This document shows, piece by piece, positions 23,454 through 34,181 of a stretch of DNA of 64,000 bases. Numbering within the stretch: position 1 is the first letter of the stretch; each line of letters opens with the position of its first letter. The position numbers and the translations under genes were made by a program. The stretch spans positions 73,408,001-73,472,000 of the forward strand of contig CM060733.1 of the NCBI GenBank assembly GCA_030704615.1. Direction: 5' to 3'. This DNA is from Takakia lepidozioides. Lineage: Eukaryota; Plantae; Bryophyta. The notes under the pieces were generated by a model. That model was not told where the DNA came from. It searched no databases and saw nothing but the letters and a program-made list of their open reading frames with translations.

Positions 23454-26400
23454 GAGTAGCATAATATCTGAGGAACTGGAAATGCGTGGGCCGGGACATC
23501 TGTGCGTTGCACCATTCAAAATCCTGCTGTAGATAGAGCATCCACCTCATTCTGAGAGAGGCTGCAACCCGGTGCAACAGGCCAGACGCCCGGAGGCTCC
23601 GGCATTCCCTGAATCCTGTACTTGGGCTTGCCAAATACACAGGTCATTATGTCGTGCCTACAGAACCAAAACGTCTATGTTGTGGCGTGAGCAAATGTGG
23701 GAGTCAAAAATCTGCCGCTGAAACAAGGTGCAGGTACAGCACCGTGTGGGTTCCTCCGAATCATCTCACCACAGCGTGCTCTCGTATCCACCCGAATGGC
23801 GCAGCACTTCCCTCGAAATGCCAGCAATGTCCTTGCAATTCTCCACCGTGACTCCGACACTCTTGTCTCCACAATGGGTATGTTGTACTGCGTTACCACA
23901 TATGGCTTGTTCTATTCCTCGGGCACGTGCCCTGTGCTCAAAGGAGATGACGATCTTGAACGTGCAGGACTTGCGGTGCTCGACGAGACCTTCTCGGGCA
24001 ACATCACGGGACCACGAGGGAGCGTGCGAATATTCTTGTCAGCTCGCCATGAATCATCTTCCCCGCCAGGTGCCTCGTCAAGTCTTCGTCTCACTGGACG
24101 GGTATGAACATCTCCTCCCAAATGTTGGCCTCTTCGAAGCAATGGCTTGTCCCGAAGGCCCTCTCGCAAGGCCGCCGCCCACTTCGAAGGATTCTTCGAT
24201 CTGGAGGCAGTCCACATCAGCATGCCTGTCCGGCCCCAAGCCCCACTGTTTCCCTTTCAAGAACTCGTTGTACCTGCATTGCTGCATAATTGACCTCACA
24301 ATGTCCTCCGTTGTGGCAGTGAGGATGTCCACCAGATGCGCCGCAGAGGAGGCACGCCAAGAAGAATGCATTGATTCGACCATGTTTGTCATGGGCATGT
24401 CGGTGTCGGAGTCGAGACACATTTCATGCACAAGCACATGTTCAGGTTACAAGCAAGTTACAAATAATGCCAAGAATAATATTCAACGGGACGCGAATTC
24501 GTGCAACTCACCTCCCGCATATAGTCGCCGAACTGGAGGAAACGATAATGCCACCATGCTAGCCAACTGACCATTGCTCCCTCGTCTGATTTCCTTACAA
24601 CACCTGACGATGTCCACCAAGCCCGTATACATGCAAACTGTGTCTCTGCATCATCCAAGGTGGGAGCGCGCTTCCACGCAAGACACATGGAACGGTGCTC
24701 CTCTCTGAAATCTGGCGCCATGAGCCTGGTTGTGGCTCTGCAGAAAATGGAACCCACAAGATCTCTCCTTGCCTTCCATGGGAACATTGGGGTCTTGCCC
24801 GTACACCCTTCGGATGGCAGCCCAATTTGCTTGTGCGTTGTCCGCCATGAAACCACGGAAATTGGGAGGGGGCAATCCCGCCTTGGCCATCTGTTCGTTT
24901 ATTCCCTGCCAAAGAAGCATCTCCGATTGTGTGTCCGCTCCTTTCATCTCACAAATAGCAATTGTCATTAGCATCCTGCAGTGGGTGTCGTAGACATGTG
25001 CACCCATTGTCACCCACTGGTGATTTGTAATTCGCTTGATATGGTCAAACATGACCCAACTGTTTGACAAGTCCCACTCGTCATCCTGTCGACCAGTTCG
25101 ACGCCGCTGCCAGGTCCACACGTGGACATTTTGAATACGAAACAACGATCTGCCTCAGTCCCTTGTCCTGGAAACCTACTTCCATGAATGTAGTCATATC
25201 CACATCGTCGCTTCACCTCCAGAATGGAGTGCATATCCGAGCCACGCCCAATTTTCTGTTTGCATGAGACAATGTGGTTTCGGACATTCGGTGAACATAC
25301 GTGGGACACCGACTCCAGCAATGCCTCCATTTCCTTCTCATCGAGAGGAACTCTATCGGAGCCGTCTTCGACATAATTCTGGCCAAGGCCATCTTATGGG
25401 CGGCTTGGAGCTGTATCTGTTTGGGTTTGGCACCCGGTCTCAACTTAACCTCCTCCTGAACGAGCTGCTCTGCCTCGTGGGCAGCCTCCCGCAAGTTCCC
25501 CCTCGCCAATTTTGACAATGGGAACCAACGTGAATGCAAGCTCGGGTGAGGTCAGGGAAACGGTGCAACACATAGAACTGCTTGGCATTACAAACAGACA
25601 TGCAGTGTGGTGGTTCTTTGCAATGCGCACAATTAAATGTGGAGTTCGGAACCTTCTCCTGAGCACAAAATGGTTGATGAGCTATGCCTGTCCAATCGGT
25701 CTCGTTCCTGTGACCTCTGGATTTAAATGGAAGCAAGTTGGGGAGAAACACCGCAACGCGCCCGCACAAACAACGTAGCGCACCCGCACACCATCGAGCA
25801 TCTTCATGCTGGTGGTTTTGGTGACGCACCAAGGATGACCATCATGTTTTCTATCCATATCTGTCAATTCCCGGACGCCTCGAGTAGTCCGTCCGAGGAG
25901 GGAACTCAAAGAAGATATTACCGTCGACGTCTGCGGGAAGGCATGTAACCAATTTAATTGCGAACTTGCTGTAGTCCAGCCCGGCCAGCTCCGAGCGATG
26001 TCCCTCCATGTGAAGCCCTCGCAGAATTTCAAGAATAGATCGAACTGCGGTGCTCGTGCTGGGAATATGACTCCCTCGTCCACTGACGTCCATCGAGGAC
26101 TTGCCTGATCTCCAGGACGACCTCGGAACTTCCATGACCTCGTCTGAATCGGACAAGTTGTGAACAACCCGGTTCTCGCTCGTCTTCATGGATGGGTTCG
26201 GCTCTGGATTTACTTCGTTGCGGACTTCTCTCTTTGAGGTAGCCACTCTCTGATTCGCGGATTGTTTTCGTGGAAGGCGCCAGGATAGAAGGTGCATTTG
26301 GCGGCAAATGAAGTCCCCAACAGCCCTGTATATGACGATGTCCGATGGTGGAACTCGCCATTCCCTGCCATCACCGAAATCATCGTGGAGCACAACAATA

Positions 26401-26582
26401 CTCTCGACAACAACGCCGTTTGAGTCCTTCATTTCCTCCTCCAAAAAAACCGACCCCGGTTTCAGGTGGTATCGAACGCACAGATATTTCTCCATCACCC
26501 GGCAGATGACCCCTCTGCACGGAAATGAAGCTCTATGCTCGTGAGGAGGGCAATACATTGTAGCGCTTGGGTTTTCCGCCAT
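23454..26582 (-). pseudogene. E2 Mutator-like DDE transposase with GCM-like Zn domain, frameshifted
   Basis: DGHPW..VCAGALRC..CAHC..CNAK..IHVGSH; WVMFDHIKR (D1), FMADNAQAN (D2), CGFHFLQ (CxxH), TNMVESMHSSW (MULE/IS256-type TxNxxESxH with the catalytic E). Confidence 0.82.
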
Positions 26583-26879
26583 GGGAGATGTGCACACAAG
26601 ACTCCCAGGATGGCGTGCGGGCAAGCTCCCTGGTAGAAGGGGGATGCAGCGATGGGAAGGAATGCGGTGCCGATTTGTCCGAGCGACAAGCCTGATCCAA
26701 ATCCAGGGAGCCAAATATCTCAAAAATCCACAGTCAGAGTGTTAATGAACCTTGTCTCAGGAATGCGACCCCTGGTCTTTGCGCAATAACTGCCAACGGT
26801 ATGCAGTCAGAAAGTGGGGGCCCGTCCGGATGATGTCGGCTGAAGGGGAGAAGCCGGCACCGTGCCGTCACATTACTAC

Positions 26880-28070
26880 CCGGATGAAAATTCGGCACCG
26901 AATATCCAGCAGGGGCCGCACGTATGAAGTCGCCTCGGCAGAGAGGCCGGAACCTGTCCGACAGAGAACAACCCCCTGGAAATTCAGCGCCGAATTTCCA
27001 TTCGGATCCCCCAAAGGAAGTCGTGTCGGGGGGTCAGGCCGAAAACTGGCCGACATGAAAACCTCCCCGGATGGAAAAACGGCGCCGAATTTCCATCCGA
27101 GGCCGTTCGGATGCACAGTGGAAGCCCGGATGAAGTCGCCTCGGGTGTAGAGGCCGGCGCATGTTCGACAGAGAGCATCCCCTGGATGGAGATTTGGCGC
27201 CGAATTTCCATCCGGGCCCCCCCAAACGAAGTCATGTCAGGGGGGCAGGCCGAAAACTGGCCGACATAAAAACCTCCCCAGATGGGAAAACGGCGCCGAA
27301 TTTTTCCATCCGGGGCCGTTCCGATGCAGTCAGGGAGGGGGGAGAGGCCTGCACCTGGCCGTCACATTTCAACCCCTGGACGGAAATTCGGCACCGAATA
27401 TCTAACAGGTGACGCCCGGACGAAGTCGCCTCGGGCGTAGAGGCCGGCACCGGTCCGATAGAGACCATCCCCCGGATGGAAATTCGCCGCCGAATTTCCA
27501 TCCGGCCCCTCAAAGGAAGTCCGGTCGGGGGTGAGGCCCAAAACTGGACGATATAAAAACCGAACAGCATGGAAAAACGGCGCCAAAGATCCGTCCGAGG
27601 CCGTTCGGATTTCCCTCTAGCAGTCAAGGATTCCATGAAAAACGTGTCTAAAAGTGGACTTCAGCCACAAAACTAACAGTTTACTTTGTTTTTCTCCGAA
27701 AAACCAAGCGGCCACGCTCAGAATTACCTGCAGGAAGGTAATTCGGCGCTTCGACTTACCTGGCGAATGGAAATTCGGCGTCGAATTTCCATCCATCCGC
27801 TCTCCGACCAACCTGGCGGATGGAAATCCGGCGCCGGATTTCCATCCATCCGGCTCGAATTACCTGCAAATTTCGCACGCCGCCTACCTGGATGGAAATC
27901 CGGCGCCGGATTTCCATCCATCCGGCTCCGAATTACCTGCGTGGCGGAAATTTCGCGCGCCGCCCTACCTGGCAGGATGGAAATTCGTCGCTGAATTTCC
28001 ATCCTGCTGCTCTCCGAATTACCTGCATGACGGAAATTTCGCGCGCCGCCCTACCTGGCGGATGGGCATT
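26880..28070. repeat. Intergenic array of GGAAATTCGGCGCCGAATTTCC-type palindromes between the divergent E2 genes
   Basis: Many copies in nested tandem units. Perfect 30-bp palindrome ggatggaaatccggcgccggatttccatcc at 27818-27847, repeated at ~27890. Confidence 0.92.
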
Positions 28071-28214
28071 AAATGTCCACTGCCGTCCGTTTTTATTTGG
28101 GCTGGCGACACATAGCATCAGATGGAAAAAGATCTGATGCTAATCTTGGATTAACTTCTATTCGAGGCATGTACCCCAAAAAACTGAGATCTTTTTCCAT
28201 TTTGGCTGGGACTT

Positions 28215-31200
28215 ATGCCGCCTGAAGGGCGTGGCTCTCCTGAGAGAGACCTCACATCCAGACCGCGGCGGAAGTTGAAAGCTTTGTACTACGGACGACG
28301 GCCAATCTCTCGCATGGCCAAACTTAAGCTCCAGCAGGAGATTCCAGTGTCTTGCTCACAACCCGCGCCAACTGAAGCCGAGTACTCTCAGGCAAGCCAC
28401 TTCTGCTTTCGTTTTGTTCGCTTTCGCTTTTGCTTTGTTGTTTCGTTTTGTTTTTGCATCTTCATCCTGGCATCGCTGGAAGCATGTCATTTTTAGGCAT
28501 TGGTTGGATGTGTTTTCATTGTTGTTCCATGGCACTCCATACTTCCTAAACTTGTTTTGTTTTCATTGTTGTTCCATGATTGTTGCTATGGTGGTTGCGC
28601 TGCTCGTTGCGATGCTGGTTTTGGCACCGATGTTGGTTCTCACGATTTTGGGAATGACAGAGTGACGACGAGCCCGGCACGCTGGTGGTATCATCGACCG
28701 CTCCAACTCATCGCATTTTTTGAATCGCCCAACTTGGGGCGAGGGCAAACTTCAACCTTTTGTTGGTGGACGGGAGGACCTGCAACGAGGGTACGACAGA
28801 ATAGGCATTTGGGGGGTTGGTGCAGGCGGCATGGCAGGTGAAGGGCGTGAGGACGTGAGGACAGCAGATCCGGCAATGGAGGTTGTTGATGCACATGCAG
28901 TAGGGCCCGCCCACGCAAAGAAGAAGAAGAAAGCTAAGCACATGCAATCCCCGGCGAGAGAGCCGTCACGGGCTGCGGAGGGGGGAGTGAGCAGTGCGCG
29001 AGGGTGTTCCTTCTCCTCAATCAAAGGTGGTCGTCCTGGAGGGCTCCCCTGCTGCTAGCCCTAGTAAGAAACAGAAAGCCCGTGAGAGGGCAAAAGAGAG
29101 GGCAAAAGAACAGGCGAGACAGAAGGCTAGCCAGGAGGAAAGAGAAAAGGCCACTGAAGAGGCCAGGGGTGCCCAAATGACAGATGCCAATGTAAGCGAG
29201 GGACGCACAGAGACGGTGGATCCCTCCAAGACACCACAAGAGGCAGTAACACACCGGTTACACCATCGCGGACAAGAGCAGCCCCCGCAATTACCCATAC
29301 GGTGGAGAGTGGAGGAGAGGAAAGAACACCCAAAGAGCACGGATTGTGCAAGTTCGAGGTGAAGCCGGGAGAGGCAGTAGAGACAGGGAGAGTGCTGAGG
29401 TGGTTTCGCCGGTGGCACCATGTTGAGGAGGACGACACCGAGCTTTCTGACCAGGATGACATCCTCCCGACATCCCCAGGCCCCAAACCCGCAGCATACA
29501 GGCTGGATTTTGGGTCCTGGTGGGCTGCCGGAGAACCCCTCTGCAGCAGACGTCATGTCCAGGCGGATATGAAGTTGGCCGCTGCCAAGATGTTGGAGGC
29601 AACCCACAGCAACATTGGCAGGGTGCTGGGGGCATGGTGTACCCGGCCAAGCTTCGAATTCCCCTTTGCCGCTTGGTGTCTTTGCAGGTGGTGAGACCTG
29701 CCCTCCCAGGCGATATCGACAAGCTGAAATTCTCTTTCCGGGATGGATATCGAATGGGGTCTGCCGCGTTTTACGTTTCCATTGAGAACGACCACGGAGC
29801 TTCCCGTGCCCACACTTCCGATGAGGTGGACAAATGGGGTCCCCATTGGCAAAGGCGAAATGAGGAGTTCGAGAGATCGATTGTTACTGATCCTCTTCCA
29901 GCACTTGTCCGGAAGATGTTTTACGTGTGGGACGGCAATCATCGCCTCCTGGCATGGATGGAGCACATAGCCGAAGCCCACCCCAACGACCTCGATTGGC
30001 ATTTCGCCGTGGAGTGTGTTGTGCTGAAGGTTGCGGGGCCCAAAGATCGCAGTCTTCTCAAAGCTGCAATGGCGGACATCAACTCGTAAGTTACAACGCC
30101 TCTTGCTTTTGGACCCATCCGATTGTAAGTCATTTCATTGCGAATCCTCATATTTGTTGTAAATTCCCATTTCAGAATTGTTTGATGGAAATGTGGCATT
30201 GCAGGGTGACTGAGAATGCCTTCATTGCCACCAACTTGTCCCATATGCTCTTCCGAGTGAAGGATGTCGGGAAGCAGGGGGTGCAAGAGTTTGCCAATTC
30301 GCTCAGTGCCGACCTCCTGCGCAAGTCGGAGGCAAAGGCAGACAGAACCTGGTATAGGCTGAGCATGGACGCCATGGTGGACTACATATTTCGGGTAAAG
30401 CTCCTGACTGTTTTGTTGAGCTAATCTGTCTCTCCTCCCCCAATAGAAGAAAAAGTGTTGAGCAGGATCTCTAATCTTATGTGCGCATTCTTGACAGACG
30501 AAAATTCAGCAGGATTTGGCACATGCGCGGAGGTTCTACATGGAGTCAGAGGAGAAGAATCTAACCCTCCCGGCACTCGAATCGTATCTCAAAGCTGCGG
30601 AGGTGAGGGCCCGCATAAAGTACAAGTCGCGGATGGTAAAGTACGTGGCCATAGCTGATCCCGCCCTTGGTGCCGACTTTCTGGTGGAGGTGGGGAAGCA
30701 CTACTCCCGCGCTCTGAAGCCCACGATGACATTGGAGAAGCTCCATCGTCTAGCCACATCCTGTGTGGATGGTGCAGAAAAGGTGATACATTCTTAACCA
30801 AATTGTGGTGGCAACAACTCGTTTTTGTGGTGTTTGGCGCTTACGAATATGCTGGGTGGTTGGACAGACCCGGTGGCTCCAAATCTGGAATGGTTCCCAA
30901 AGTACAAGGGACATGTGGAGCTTCCCCAAACCGGACAAACTGTCTGACCCCACATTCGACATGTGGATGAACCGCATGACATGGTGGTTTCAGGTACTTC
31001 CCCACGCTTCGTTTGGCGCTTCTACTCTTGTAGGGGGTGGATTCATTGTATTTTTTCAGCAATGCGATCTGATGGAGAATCTCCACAGGTGACGACGAAT
31101 GCGCAAGAGCAGCTGGACACACAAGCACATCAGTTCAAGATGGAGATTTCTCCTGCAGCAGAGAGCCTACGCGACTATGTGACGAGGTACTTTCTGCTCT

Positions 31201-34181
31201 ACAAAACCGACCTATTCTTTCGGGAGATACCACATGCCCGCGCGGAGCCACGAGTTCACCGACCAGCCGAACGCGACAAAGCAGCAATGCGCCTTCTGTA
31301 CAGGTACATACGCGATGCCTTCCTTTCAGTCCTTGCATTTTCGCCGAATTTCCAGATCAGGGCTCTGAAAATGGCTAAGTCCCTAGGGTGGCTGGCCCTG
31401 AACTGGAAATTCGGCGCCATTTTTCCAGGTCAGGCCAATGGGACTTAGCCATTTCGGGCCGGACCTGGGAAAATGGCGCCGAATTTCCAGTCAGGCTCCG
31501 AAAATGGCTAAGTCCCTAGGGTGGCTGGCCCTGAACTGGAAATTCGGCGCCATTTTTCCAGTTCTGGGCCCTATTGCGTTCTGGGACTTAGCCATTTTCG
31601 GGCCGGACCTGGGAAAATGGCGCCGAATTTCCAGTCAGGGCTCCGAAAATGGCTAAGTCCCTAGGGTGGCTGGCCCTGAACTGGAAATTCGGCGCCATTT
31701 TTCAGTTCTAGGCCCTATTGCCGTTCTGGGACTTAGCCATCTTCGGGCCAAACCGGGAAAAATGGCGCCGAATTTCCAGTTCAGGGCTCCCAAGATGGCT
31801 AAGTCCCTAGGGTGGCAGTCACCGAAAACCGAATTCGCGCCATTTTTCCATTTCTAGGCCCACTCAGATCCGCCCCAACCTGGGAAAATGGTGCCGAATT
31901 TGCAGTTCAGGGACCTCATTGTGTTTTTCATGAATGCAGGTACTGCAAGTTCTCCCTTTTGGAGAAAGGTCATCTGTCTTTCGAGCCACCATTCTTCCTG
32001 GCATGGAGGAACCCTGGGGCTGACTCCATGTACACTGACGATATTGTGAAGGAGTGGCATCTGGAACATTTGCGTGATTGCCCTTGGTATGTGGACCTTC
32101 CGCCCGGCTGCTCGACCCATCCGAGTTTCAATTGAAGCTGGATGCTGAGGCCCGACGAAACCGGGCCTCCGCTGCCTCCGCTGGGTGCAAAAGAGGCAAA
32201 AGCGCTTGCGAACTCCAGGAAAGCGGCAGAGCTTGCTCAGGCAGGAATTCAGGAGAAATTGAATGAGAAGAGTAAAGGCCAAAGGAAAAGGACAAGGAAA
32301 CAGGTGAGTGCAGTAACACCCAAAAACAGAAAACCATCGGGGCATCGGAGGAGGCGCAGGAGGGGACCCAAGAGAGTGACTCGGACGACGACTTTGTTCA
32401 AGGTCCTGCGACTGCTGTTGCTGCTACCTACCCAGTCACCGGTCGTCCGGGTTCCCAAGTCAGTTCGGAGTGGGACTGGCTCTGCCAAGAAGTTGGCATT
32501 TGAGGGCGAGCCTACACGGCGGTATTCGGCGGTGACGTTTACGCACAGGCCAAAGCTAGAACCTCCAACCATCATCCAATGCGTCAATGAGAGCTTCCTT
32601 GACGCTCTCGCTGCCAGGGCGAAGAAGGTGGCACACAACAAGTCTCTGGCGGAGCAGAAGGGGAAAGCCAAGAAGAGGGCTGCCGTACAGAGCCTAAAGA
32701 CACCCCTGGTTTTGAAGCCATGATGGAATTCTTCACGGCTGTGAGCACGGATTGCAAGAGCACTCGGGGGGGGGGTTTGAGGTGGAGAGAGCTTGCGACA
32801 TGATTCTCCTCGACATTCCAGATGGGGAGCTGCTGGAGGGCCTGGATGGTGTGCCCACCTGGAACAGGTTTACTGAGGACTACTGGAAAGCCGGGTTTGG
32901 GCTGGCGGGATGCTTCTGGATGACGGTGGTGTGGTTGTCCTTGCCACAAGAGGGAAGACCACAGAGAATGCGGTGGCAAGGTGGACACCGAAAAGTGTCA
33001 CCCCGGTCCCTCAGAAAATGGTTCTGCATCAATACACAGGGGTTGCGAACAGAGGGCCAAAGTGTAAGTTATCAATCTATTGCATTCACCTCATATTGTG
33101 GTGTATCTAAACAGATCCCGGAGTTGATCCCTTTTTGTTGGATGTGCAGACATTGGTGTTTGAGGCATATTGCTTTGTGAAGAGAGGGTCTACGTTCAAA
33201 TTCCGCAACGACGGTCGTCTTGTTGATGCCGTTGTGGACCCTGTTACCTACGATGTCCTCTACAACTATGTGCCCCACTCCAGTATGCCGAAGGACACAA
33301 AGACAGGCAAACCGTGGCGGTACAGCCGGACCCGGAGCCCTGCTTTCATCCAAACCCTCATGGAGACGTGCTCGGATGTCCAAGGGCGGATTCTGGACCT
33401 CACATGCGGCACGGGTAAGCCTTCACGTGCTCAGTTTGTCCCCTGGCCCGATTGCAATTGCATGCCGCAAGCTATTAACCGCCCGCTTTGTTCCTCAGGT
33501 GCTTCAATGTGGGCAGGGACGTTGTCCGACAGGCATGTGTTCGCCTTCGAGCCAGATACTGCCCTCCACAACTCGGAACTTGCAGCGGCTGAACGTCTGC
33601 CGAAAGAGGAAGAGGCATCCTCGGAGGATGAGGAAAAATCCGAGAAGAAGCAAGGGGAGGAACAAGTTGGGATCGAGGCCGAGGAGCCCCCGGTGTACGA
33701 GTGAGTGGTCGCATTGTAAGTTGCCTCCAGATTTCGTGAGGCACCTCCCTTCGCTCTCTTATTACCCTTTGCTTCTGCTGGTATTGACATTCTTGAAGTG
33801 GATTTGTTCTTACTGTAGGATGCCAAGTACGGCAGGAGGGACGTCTACACCGGAGTTCATGGGCAGGAGGAACGTGCCTTTTTTTGCCAGGGGGGATTTC
33901 ATGCCTAGTCCAGAAAGGGACTACATCCTTCCTACTTATGCTGCCCGGCTTGCTTCGGTGTCCATTAGGAGGTGTTCCGAACCTAGTCGTGTACAACAGA
34001 TTTTAGACGAGGCAAGCTTCAAGAAAATGAAGATGAGGGAGGAGGCAACAGCTATTAGAGCCCGTCGGGCTTGTAGATTTGTGTTGGATTCTGCTGAGGA
34101 AAGTGGGGGGAAGAGGCAGAAGATTTCCCAGGAGGTGAGGTGGACAGTCCCCCAAGGAGAGGACGACATTTTCGAGAGGCA
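28215..34181 (+). pseudogene. E2 multi-exon accessory gene: ParB/Srx-like domain, helical middle region, beta-class amino-DNA-methyltransferase-like domain, acidic tail; several frameshifts
   Basis: ParB-like IPLCRL..VRP..DIDKLK.SF..GY..VWDGNHRLLAW (29655-30086). MTase motifs in beta order: DMILLDIPDG, LLDDGGVVVL, EAYCFVK, RTRSPAFIQTLMETCS, GRILDLTCGTG|ASM, RHVFAFEPD (32790-33560). GT-AG introns, e.g. 33415-33498 and 33701-33818, restore the frame. Confidence 0.75.
31340..31905. repeat. Intronic tandem array (~135-146-bp units) carrying E2 palindromes
   Basis: aaaatggctaagtccctagggtggc..ggaaattcggcgccatttttc repeated about four times inside intron ~31304-31939. Confidence 0.9.

Larger units (their letters stand above)
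23454..34181. mobile_element. Mutator-like element copy E2 (most complete): transposase (-), palindrome array, ParB-MTase gene (+); both ends truncated
   Basis: Same head-to-head layout and homologous proteins as E1. Own palindrome GGAAATT/CCGGCGCCGA/GATTTCC. Confidence 0.8.

Noticed and set aside
26752-28137. ORFs with repeated MEIRRRIS/WKFGAEFP peptides (and MRCRIS/KCGAAF ORFs at 55816-56688 and 58665-59235)
   Set aside because: Artefacts of translating palindromic repeats; the same peptides appear on both strands.
28215-34181. Bacterial contamination or prophage ParB-MTase
   Set aside because: The gene has multiple GT-AG introns conserved across three copies and is nested among plant TEs.
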